Shown: positions 20,120 to 27,553 of the stretch, in pieces
Numbering within the stretch: position 1 is the stretch's first letter
How the letters are laid out: each line of letters starts with the position of its first letter
IMG/VR virus record: IMGVR_UViG_3300005077_000060
Location: 1-35,467 of that record
Source of the DNA: a virus
Lineage: Duplodnaviria > Caudoviricetes
Length of the DNA stretch: 35,467 nucleotides
Reading direction: 5' to 3' (one strand)
Made by a program: the position numbers and the translations under genes
The notes under the pieces: generated by a model
Databases searched by the model: none
Told to the model about the DNA's origin: nothing
Seen by the model: only the letters and a program-made list of their open reading frames with translations

Positions 20120-20673
20120 CTTCAAAAATACTTGATACAAAATTCATGTATCCTTTTACTGCATCATTCCTTGACTATCCTAATGCAGAAGATATTGCTG
20201 TTCTTATCTTTATGATGGGTTGTAATCACAATTGTGATGGTTGTCAGAATCCATTATTTCAAAATCCAGACTACAATGAACAAACGAAACAATTTACACG
20301 TGAAAGTTTAATTAGTGAAATTAAAAAAGCGTGTAAGAAGTTTCACACTACTAAGATTGTTCTTACTGGTGGCGATCCACTGTTTGTAAAGAATTTGGAA
20401 GCTACTAATTGTATACTCAAAGATCTTCGCAACGAGTATGACATTTGCATATATACTGGTTATAGTATTGTAACTGTTGCTCAATATAATTTTATACGCG
20501 GCTTTAAGTATATTGTTTGTGGAGTGTTTGATTTGACAAAAGCTGTGCAGTCAGAAAAGACCGATGATTATATTCAACTCGCCAGTACAAATCAAGAAAT
20601 TTATGACGGCGGCTTTTTTCGGATGACTGACGGAAAGGGTCGTATGTACTTTAATCCAAAGGAGAACCATTAA
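20110..20673 (+). CDS. nrdG: Anaerobic ribonucleotide reductase activating enzyme
   Basis: GCNHNCDGCQN, LTGGDPL, IYTGY, ASTNQ; adjacent to nrdD. Confidence 0.92.
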   Translation: MSITSKILDTKFMYPFTASFLDYPNAEDIAVLIFMMGCNHNCDGCQNPLFQNPDYNEQTKQFTRESLISEIKKACKKFHTTKIVLTGGDPLFVKNLEATNCILKDLRNEYDICIYTGYSIVTVAQYNFIRGFKYIVCGVFDLTKAVQSEKTDDYIQLASTNQEIYDGGFFRMTDGKGRMYFNPKENH

Positions 20674-21837
20674 ATGTTTACAGATGATAATGCAACTACA
20701 TTGCGTACACTTCGTAATATTAGAAAATGTATTAGAAATAGATTGAGAGATTATCATAGCATTGAGGATAAAAAGGTAGAAACGATGGTTGATGATATTC
20801 TACAGATTCATGGAATCCACAAAGACCACTTTGATTTTCTTTCTCGCATTGATACGTTTATCACTGGTGTGTTAAATGACAAATCAATTGATGCAAATAG
20901 CAATAAGAATGAAAAAACGACCGAAGCAGTGATGCAAGAATCACTCGCGCCTGTTCGTAAGGCTATTGGTTTTGATTACTTGTATAGAGAGCTTCGTGAA
21001 CTATATGGTAAATCGAAAGCTCAGGAACTTATGGCTGAGATATTTGACTATTCTCTTGGACTTTCTGATTCTACAAACATTCTTCGTCCATACTGTTGGG
21101 CATTAGATGCCTCAAAGATTGTTACTATTGGTCGAGATTTTGGACAACTTCATTCAGCTCCATCTAACCGTGTGCAGAGTTATATTTCAGCACTCTGTGA
21201 AACAATTCATCAAATGAGTTCTCATTTAGCTGGTGCTATTGCAATTGGTTCTTTCTTTCTGGACATTGCACATGTGTTATTGTTCGGTAAAGAAAAATTA
21301 GATTTAATTGAACTTCGAACAGGTAAACGATTCCGAAAAATGCTTGAAAATGAGTTTCAGCAGTTTGTACATTCAGTAAATCACCTGTCAAGAAACGGAG
21401 TTGAGAGTCCGTTTACTAATCTTTCTATTTTTGATAGAGTTAAACTTCGTACATTATTGAAAGATATGAAGTGGTATTTTCCTTTTGATCAACTACCAAT
21501 CGATCATCCTCAAGATTTAGATGAACAACAAGCAGAAGATTTTTACATAAATTATGTTGTTGATTATATTATAGAAATTCAAGATATTTTTTTGGATTTC
21601 TTTGATAAAGGTGATCCATTGCGTGGGTCAAGTCCTTACCGGTTTCCAGTTTGTACCCTGAACTTATCGAAAGTATCAATGGAAGGATATGACATCGAGC
21701 TTGAAGATGGTACCACCCGGTTTATCCCGGAAAACCAGCTTATTTACGCTATGAACAACGAAACACATGAAAAAATTCGTAAACCAGCGAAAGATATTTT
21801 TGAAGAAAACAACAACGTTTACAGTGTTAAATTATAA
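20674..21837 (+). CDS. nrdD: Class III ribonucleotide reductase, N-terminal part, with a ~55-aa foreign C-terminal tail
   Basis: DANSN, PYCWALD, FQQFVHSVN...R..VESPFTN, YRFPVCTLN; no ATP cone. Confidence 0.9.
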   Translation: MFTDDNATTLRTLRNIRKCIRNRLRDYHSIEDKKVETMVDDILQIHGIHKDHFDFLSRIDTFITGVLNDKSIDANSNKNEKTTEAVMQESLAPVRKAIGFDYLYRELRELYGKSKAQELMAEIFDYSLGLSDSTNILRPYCWALDASKIVTIGRDFGQLHSAPSNRVQSYISALCETIHQMSSHLAGAIAIGSFFLDIAHVLLFGKEKLDLIELRTGKRFRKMLENEFQQFVHSVNHLSRNGVESPFTNLSIFDRVKLRTLLKDMKWYFPFDQLPIDHPQDLDEQQAEDFYINYVVDYIIEIQDIFLDFFDKGDPLRGSSPYRFPVCTLNLSKVSMEGYDIELEDGTTRFIPENQLIYAMNNETHEKIRKPAKDIFEENNNVYSVKL

Positions 21838-21938
21838 GCGCTCTTAGGAACAGCTTATGTGTAAACTACAACAACACACTTGTTCGTATTTCATATCAAG
21901 ATTATGATAACATTAGCAATATTTTTGGAGGAACAAAT
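21838..21938 (+). pseudogene. Extreme 3' remnant of the homing endonuclease family between the nrdD halves
   Basis: Reads ALRNSLCVNYNNTLVRISYQDYDNISNIFGGTN in frame with nrdD-C, compared with DIKSQWCLENNIKLLRIAYNQQNQITQLL in the intact copy; contains the GGAGGA RBS of nrdD-C. Confidence 0.7.
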
Positions 21939-23006
21939 ATGTCCTATCAACAAATAAAAAAGGTTACAAAAACAACGAAGTACATTATCGGAGATACTAA
22001 GTTTCTTAAGAAGGCTTGTCGTCGTGATATTTTTCGCTACAACATCTTTGCTTCAGAAGGCACTAAGGTAGCAAGCTGTTGCCGTTTGATCAACAACAAA
22101 GAGATGTTGGACTACGCATCACAATCAAATAGTTTCGGTGGTGTTGGTATATCTATCGGTTCACACCGTGTTGTGACAGTTAACTTTGCTCGTATTGCTC
22201 TTGAAGCAAAGACAGAAAAAGACTTTTTCACCATTCTCGATTTACGAACCGAAAATGCTGCAAAGATTCTTGCCGGTCATAAAGCGTTAATTAGACGTCT
22301 TTGTGATAAAGGACTCCAACCATTCATCGCAAATGGATGGATTAATATGAATCGTTTATTTTCAACATTTGGTATTCTTGGTATTGTAGAAGCGGCTCAA
22401 ATTTTTCAGGGCAAGTTTGGTAATGGTCGTGATATCATTGGTGATTTTTTGAAATATTATAATAAAAAAGTTAATGAAGTGTCAGAAAAGTATAATATTA
22501 TTGGCAACATTGAACAGATTCCAGGTGAGTCATTTGCCATCCGTTTGGCTAAAGCTGATCGATTGCTTTACGGTGAAAATCAAGTACCATTTAAATTATA
22601 TGCTAATCAGTTTGTACCTCTTTGGAATGATGCTTCACTATGGGAACGTATGAAACAGGATGGCAAATATAATCAACTTATTACTGGTGGTTCGATTGTG
22701 CATGCGCAGATAGGTGAGAAGGTTACACCAAAGCAGGCTGAAAAAATTATTCAATATGCTGTTGAGTGTGGCTGCGAACATTTTGCGCTCAATGCTGTTT
22801 ATAGTGAATGTGAAAAAGGTTGTACAACGTTAGGAAAGAATAATGTGTGTTCGGATTGTGGCGCACCTATCATAGAATACTATACAAGAGTTATAGGATT
22901 TTTTAGTCCCGTAAGTGCTTGGCAGGATGTCCGACGGGAATGGGAGTTCCCGCGTAGAACCTTCATAGATCTCAAAGAAATTGAAGATGTTAATAATGTA
23001 TATTGA
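21939..23006 (+). CDS. nrdD: Class III ribonucleotide reductase, C-terminal part
   Basis: ASCCRL active-site loop, IGSHRVVTVN, EQIPGES, zinc ribbon, glycyl-radical motif TRVIGF; own GGAGGA RBS. Confidence 0.92.
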   Translation: MSYQQIKKVTKTTKYIIGDTKFLKKACRRDIFRYNIFASEGTKVASCCRLINNKEMLDYASQSNSFGGVGISIGSHRVVTVNFARIALEAKTEKDFFTILDLRTENAAKILAGHKALIRRLCDKGLQPFIANGWINMNRLFSTFGILGIVEAAQIFQGKFGNGRDIIGDFLKYYNKKVNEVSEKYNIIGNIEQIPGESFAIRLAKADRLLYGENQVPFKLYANQFVPLWNDASLWERMKQDGKYNQLITGGSIVHAQIGEKVTPKQAEKIIQYAVECGCEHFALNAVYSECEKGCTTLGKNNVCSDCGAPIIEYYTRVIGFFSPVSAWQDVRREWEFPRRTFIDLKEIEDVNNVY

Positions 23007-23166
23007 AATATTTGGAATGACAACTTTGAAATTCTATTGATCGAAGATGTTAAAAAAAGATTGATTCTTATACTAAACATAAAGTAAATTATAGACAGTT
23101 AACTGAACGAGATTTTACGGGTAAGTTTAAATTAAGATATCAAGAAAAATTAAAGGAGTGGTTTTT

Positions 23167-23901
23167 ATGAAAATGGTTGAGTTCTTCAAAAGTATACAGG
23201 GCGAGGGCAACAGTCAAGGTGTTAATGCCCTCTTCATCCGCTTCCCCGGCTGTAATTTGCGGTGTAGGAGCTGCGATACTCCTATGTCATGGAAGAAAGT
23301 TGAAGCTACTGAATATGATGAACAATTGATTTTAAGTGAATCTCAGGAAACTAATCTTGTTGTTTTTACTGGAGGAGAACCTCTTCTTCAAGGCAATCTT
23401 TTAAATGCAATGAAAGTTATGGACTCTAATCGTAATCAACGTTATGAAATTGAAACAAATGGAACTATTCCAATTGATATCAAAAAGTGGGATGATTTGT
23501 GGATTACTGGGATTGGTCGTTGGAATTCTGAATCAATGAATCCTCTTCGTACACTAAATCTTCAGTTCAATATTTCACCCAAAGAAAACTTTGAACAAGA
23601 AGCTAATTTAAATACCACACCTGTTTTAATTCCCGGTATACAAGCTATCAATCACTCATTTCCTAATATTAAATATATTGTAAAATACCTCTTCAACAGC
23701 AAAGAGGATATCGAGCACATTGCTCGACAAACTGAGTTTTATCATATTCCTCGTCATCTGATTTGGCTTCAGCCAAAAGCAACCATGGCTGATGATGTAG
23801 TGAGTATCGTTAAGGAACATTTTAATGATATTGTTAAACGAGGTTGGAATATTTCTATGAGAACACACGTGTTGTTATTCAATGATAAGAAGGGGGTATA
23901 A
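23167..23901 (+). CDS. queE: 7-carboxy-7-deazaguanine synthase (radical SAM)
   Basis: FKSIQGEG, FIRFPGCNLRCRSCDT, TGGEPLLQ, IETNGT, ISPK, LQP, RTH; ATG at 23167 after AAGGAG. Confidence 0.93.
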   Translation: MKMVEFFKSIQGEGNSQGVNALFIRFPGCNLRCRSCDTPMSWKKVEATEYDEQLILSESQETNLVVFTGGEPLLQGNLLNAMKVMDSNRNQRYEIETNGTIPIDIKKWDDLWITGIGRWNSESMNPLRTLNLQFNISPKENFEQEANLNTTPVLIPGIQAINHSFPNIKYIVKYLFNSKEDIEHIARQTEFYHIPRHLIWLQPKATMADDVVSIVKEHFNDIVKRGWNISMRTHVLLFNDKKGV

Positions 23902-23982
23902 GGGTATAATATGAAACTATTTGTATTGATAAACAATTTGTTGAATCAGAATGAACAAAAATAAGAAAATAAAGGAGACCAA

Positions 23983-24198
23983 ATGAAATATACACAAGAA
24001 TCGTTAAACAATATTTTTACTTACAACTCACCAAAAAATGACCAACCACTACGATATCAAATTATTCGTGAAGAAGGTCGTCGTTTTGCTTCACTTATTC
24101 TTGATAATTGTCCAGCACATTCGAGCCGTGATGAAGCAATTGATAAAATTCGAGAAGCTGTGATGTGGGCAAATGCAAGTATAGCAATTAACGAATAA
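23983..24198 (+). CDS. Small helical-hairpin protein resembling the Acb2/Tad1-like anti-defence sponge family
   Basis: FTY..P...Q..RY..IR.....FA.LI...CP...R..AI.KI.EAVMWANASIA pattern; strong RBS. Confidence 0.6.
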   Translation: MKYTQESLNNIFTYNSPKNDQPLRYQIIREEGRRFASLILDNCPAHSSRDEAIDKIREAVMWANASIAINE

Positions 24199-24207
24199 GG
24201 AAATAAT

Positions 24208-24402
24208 ATGTCGGAATGTGATAGTAGATCATGGTTTGCAAGTCAATGTGTTTGTGAATGTGGATATAATGTTGTAGTCACACAACCTTCACCGGAAAGC
24301 GGAATGGATTGCTGGTGGTATTGTTCAAACAAACTATGTAAAAATCACGTAGGTGAACAAACAGGAGATATGGAAAAACCTGATTGGTTAAGACAGATAT
24401 AA
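24208..24402 (+). CDS. Small Cys-rich (putative Zn-binding) hypothetical protein
   Basis: CECG...YCSNKLCKNH; in-operon position. Confidence 0.6.
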   Translation: MSECDSRSWFASQCVCECGYNVVVTQPSPESGMDCWWYCSNKLCKNHVGEQTGDMEKPDWLRQI

Positions 24403-24420
24403 TAATTTAAAGGAGTTAAA

Positions 24421-24888
24421 ATGAAAATTTGCAAGACATATGAAACAGAAACAGCACATCGAGTTTTAAATGCAGAATCCATTAGGTGCGCACAAGGTCC
24501 TCATGGACATAGTTATAAATGGGAAATTGAAATTGAAGGTCCAATAAATCCAGATACAGGAATGATTATTGATTTTGGTTCTTTAAAGCCTATTAAACAA
24601 ATGATTGATAAATTTGATCATGCTTATGTATTTTGGCAAAAAGAAGATCCAGAAATTATTGAATTTTTTAAAAAACATTTTAAACGTCTTATTATTATGA
24701 AACAAAATGTAACAGCTGAAAATATGGCTCGTTGGGCACACCGGTGGATAAATTTATGGTTATCATCAAATAAAAAGGGTAGATATAAAATTAATAATAT
24801 TAAAGTTTGGGAAACACGTACTGGTTGTGCTGTTGCTGATTATTCTACTGAAGAAGATCAGTTAATTTATGTACATGAAGAACCTTAA
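24421..24888 (+). CDS. queD: 6-carboxy-5,6,7,8-tetrahydropterin synthase
   Basis: AHRV...C...HGHSY, GMIIDF..LK, FDHA, TAENMA, VWET. Confidence 0.93.
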   Translation: MKICKTYETETAHRVLNAESIRCAQGPHGHSYKWEIEIEGPINPDTGMIIDFGSLKPIKQMIDKFDHAYVFWQKEDPEIIEFFKKHFKRLIIMKQNVTAENMARWAHRWINLWLSSNKKGRYKINNIKVWETRTGCAVADYSTEEDQLIYVHEEP

Positions 24889-24959
24889 TTAAATAGAGAG
24901 ATAAAAATGTGGGAAACAACACGTAAATGTCCAAGATGTGGTGGAAGGGTAGTAAAATT

Positions 24960-25310
24960 ATGAAGCTTAAAACATTTTTAATATGTCCTGTTCGTGGACA
25001 TAGCGTTGAGGAAACGGCTGATATCGTAGCTAATCTTGAAAAAGAATTTATTGTACATTGGCCACCTCGTGATACTGATCAAGAAGATCCAACTGGATAT
25101 AGAATTTGTTGTCATAACGAATTAGCGATTAAAAATGCTGATGTGGTTCATTTTGTCTGGGATGGTAAAAGTCAAGGATGTTTGTTTGATCTTGGTATGG
25201 CTTTTGCTCACAATAAAAAAATTATAATTGTACGTATGCCTGACCTAACAGAAGGTAAATCATTTCAAAATATGGTTCAAAAATGGCAGAGTGTGTGTAA
25301 TAATGAATAA
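24960..25310 (+). CDS. Nucleoside 2-deoxyribosyltransferase-like protein
   Basis: FLICPVRG, P.RD, AIKNADVV...DGKSQG..FDLGMAFA..KKI; probable start at ATG 24960. Confidence 0.7.
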   Translation: MKLKTFLICPVRGHSVEETADIVANLEKEFIVHWPPRDTDQEDPTGYRICCHNELAIKNADVVHFVWDGKSQGCLFDLGMAFAHNKKIIIVRMPDLTEGKSFQNMVQKWQSVCNNE

Positions 25311-25806
25311 TGAAAAATATTTTATGACGTGGAATGAAGTGCTGGAAAGAATAAAGTATGTTGATAAACCATCTAACATTATTTACGGTATACCACGTGG
25401 TGGAGCTTGTTTGACAGTAGCATTTCAACATGCAAAAATAACTTGGGATGTTACTAAAGCAAATTTAATCATCGATGATATTGTGGATTCGGGTTCAACA
25501 AGAACAAAATATTTACAACTATATCCACACGCTAAATTTTGGGCCCTTGTTAATAAGTTGCCTTATCAAGAAGAACGATGTATTTCTTCTTGGTGTCATA
25601 TTAATGATGCTAAACTTCCCTACATAGTTTTCCCGTGGGAAACAGATAAAGATGAAACAGTTGAAGAACACATCACTCGTATATACCAAATAGTAAACAG
25701 TGGCCATCAATTTGATCAAGATGAATATGATTGTTTTGAACTTGCAGTAAAAAATTTTATCAAACAAATAGTTAATCCATTATATGAATTTAAGGAGGAT
25801 AAATGA
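25303..25806 (+). CDS. Purine phosphoribosyltransferase (Gpt/Xpt-like)
   Basis: YGIPRGG, PRPP loop LIIDDIVDSGST, YIVFPWE. Confidence 0.85.
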   Translation: MNNEKYFMTWNEVLERIKYVDKPSNIIYGIPRGGACLTVAFQHAKITWDVTKANLIIDDIVDSGSTRTKYLQLYPHAKFWALVNKLPYQEERCISSWCHINDAKLPYIVFPWETDKDETVEEHITRIYQIVNSGHQFDQDEYDCFELAVKNFIKQIVNPLYEFKEDK

Positions 25807-26186
25807 ATATCAATCCAATGGAAGTGTTGAAACGTGGTATCATTATAGCACCTAAGGATTACCCTTTAGTGACAGATTTTAAGGAAAAAGAATGTCAAAT
25901 TAGCAGTAATGGTATTGATCTACGAATTAACGAAACGGTAGTGATTGAACCTAAGTCTTTTAAAAATGTTGAAATTATGGAGCGCTTTAACATGGATGGT
26001 GTTTTTGGCGCAATATGGATTCGTAGTTCATTTAGTAGACGTGGAATATTCCATACTGCGGGTTTATTTGATGATGGGAATGAAAAACTAAAAATAACAT
26101 TAAACAATATGAGTGAAGATGCTATTATGATTGAAAAAGGAACACGAATTTGTCAGATGGTGTTTTTCAAGACTTCCGTTTTTTAA
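25803..26186 (+). CDS. dut: dUTPase/dCTP-deaminase-fold protein, copy A (motifs 1, 2 and 4 intact; no C-terminal arm)
   Basis: NGIDLR, RSSFSRRG, HTAGLFDDG, GTRICQMVFF, then stop. Confidence 0.8.
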   Translation: MNINPMEVLKRGIIIAPKDYPLVTDFKEKECQISSNGIDLRINETVVIEPKSFKNVEIMERFNMDGVFGAIWIRSSFSRRGIFHTAGLFDDGNEKLKITLNNMSEDAIMIEKGTRICQMVFFKTSVF

Positions 26187-26589
26187 TGGCAAATGTTTTA
26201 CATTTACCCAGTGGTTACGCTTAAAGGAACATGATGATTTAAAGACACAGTGGTGTAATGATAGTCACGTACAACTTATTCGTATCAATTATAAACAACA
26301 AAGTAAAATAGCAAGTATATTAAATGAAAGTATTCTTTTAAACAAGAAAGGTAAGATTTACAATATGAAACTTAAAAATTTTATTATTGGTGAAAATGTA
26401 GAATGGACACAAAATGGTGTTTTATTGCGAATCAATGAAACAGTAACTATTAATTTGAAATCTTTTAAAAATGTTGAAATTATGGAGCGCTTTAACATGG
26501 ATGGAGTTTTTGGTGCGATTTATATTGATAATGATTTTCATATGAAATATCCTCAATGTTGGCACACCGCGGGTTTATTTGATGATGGG
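25956..26589 (+). repeat. Direct repeats shared by the two dUTPase-like copies
   Basis: 44-nt identity at 25956-25999 and 26461-26504; 21-nt identity at 26058-26078 and 26569-26589. Confidence 0.9.
26185..26364 (+). pseudogene. 3' remnant of the homing endonuclease family between the two dUTPase-like copies
   Basis: NGKCFTFTQWLRLKEHDDLKTQWCNDSHVQLIRINYKQQSKIASILNE matches the C-terminus of 27552-28493; in frame with copy B. Confidence 0.8.
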
Positions 26590-26775
26590 TTTGGCGTTGG
26601 TATTAGTGGTGGGTCAATTGGTGGTGTATCACTTTACAATTTTGGTGATGAAGCCATTACAATAGAAAAAGGTACCAGAATTTGTCAAATGGTATTTTTT
26701 GAATCTAATCCAGCAAAGAAATATGACGGTTTCTATAATCAAAATCAGACTATCAAATCACAATACGAGAAATAA
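26365..26775 (+). CDS. dut: dUTPase/dCTP-deaminase-fold protein, copy B (motifs 1 and 2 degenerate; motif 3 loop and C-terminal arm intact)
   Basis: NGVLLR, IDND in place of IRSS, HTAGLFDDGFG, GTRICQMVFF, KYDGFYNQNQ; probable start at ATG 26365. Confidence 0.78.
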   Translation: MKLKNFIIGENVEWTQNGVLLRINETVTINLKSFKNVEIMERFNMDGVFGAIYIDNDFHMKYPQCWHTAGLFDDGFGVGISGGSIGGVSLYNFGDEAITIEKGTRICQMVFFESNPAKKYDGFYNQNQTIKSQYEK

Positions 26776-26776
26776 A

Positions 26777-26977
26777 ATGGGCAAAGCTATTGAATTATTT
26801 TCTGCTTTTCAAGAAGCCATTGACAAATTTAACTTGAGAAAAGAATATGACCTTAATGGGGGGTTCATTTCCCCCAGTACAAAAACGGTGGTCAAACATT
26901 ACATTATGCAAAGGTTAAGAGGTCGCGAAAATCCAAAAACAATTGATTGGCTCATTGATTACGAATTTTCAATATAG
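26777..26977 (+). CDS. Small hypothetical protein
   Basis: ATG directly after the copy B stop; 66 aa. Confidence 0.5.
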   Translation: MGKAIELFSAFQEAIDKFNLRKEYDLNGGFISPSTKTVVKHYIMQRLRGRENPKTIDWLIDYEFSI

Positions 26978-27139
26978 GACCTGAATATGAAATAATGTGG
27001 TTGGGATATTCACATTTATAAAAGATAATAAAAAGGAATTGAAAAGTGGACTGGGAAGTAGTGAAATTAATAGTAGTTTATGGTATTATTATGTACCAAG
27101 AGTATTTACGTTTTAAGATATAATAATTAGGAGTAATGA

Positions 27140-27499
27140 ATGGAAGCACAAGTAGTAGTTTCATTGCAAATGGATGGCATACATAGTTGGCCGAGCTGCC
27201 CTTTCGAAGAGGTAGCTTTTTTACGTAATGAACACCGTCATGTTTTTCACATCAAATGTTGGAAAAATGTGCGACATAATGACCGAGATGTGGAAATAAT
27301 TATGCTTAAACGTAGAATACAAGAAACGATGATTGAATATTGGGGTGAACCTTCAAAGAATCCGGGTGTACGTATGCCAATATTAAAATTTGGTGCTATG
27401 TCATGTGAGATGATTGCTGAAAAACTCATTCATACCTTTGATCTCAGTTCATGTGAAGTTCTCGAAGATGGAGAGAATGGCGCTTTAATTTCCTGTTAA
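27140..27499 (+). CDS. dpdL: QueD-like T-fold protein of the DpdL type (putative CDG decarboxylase)
   Basis: LRNEHRHVF (LxxxHRHxF), DRDVEII, SCEMIA, EDGENGA; a canonical queD is also present. Confidence 0.7.
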   Translation: MEAQVVVSLQMDGIHSWPSCPFEEVAFLRNEHRHVFHIKCWKNVRHNDRDVEIIMLKRRIQETMIEYWGEPSKNPGVRMPILKFGAMSCEMIAEKLIHTFDLSSCEVLEDGENGALISC

Positions 27500-27500
27500 A

Positions 27501-27553
27501 ATATAAATATATTTGACGTGGTAAAACTTACTTACATGGAGAAATATTTATAT
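27501..27553 (+). promoter_or_regulatory. T4-type late promoter TATAAATA with a hairpin that can sequester the endonuclease start codon
   Basis: TATAAATA at 27502-27509; ATATAAATAT (27501-27510) is the exact reverse complement of ATATTTATAT (27544-27553), which overlaps the ATG. Confidence 0.75.

Noticed and set aside
21826-21941. Ribosomal frameshift, bypass or group I intron joining the nrdD halves
   Set aside because: The -1 frame has a TAA at 21828 and no slippery heptamer. The 101-nt gap is too short for an intron core, reads as endonuclease remnant, and has a strong RBS for independent initiation.
21673-21985. Canonical trans-splicing split intein in nrdD
   Set aside because: There is no block A, no TxxH, no block F and no terminal Asn/Gln followed by Cys/Ser/Thr on the C-fragment.
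26131-26364. ORF-track start for the 214-aa dUTPase-like ORF
   Set aside because: The N-terminal part is an alternative frame of copy A plus endonuclease remnant; homology to copy A begins near ATG 26365.
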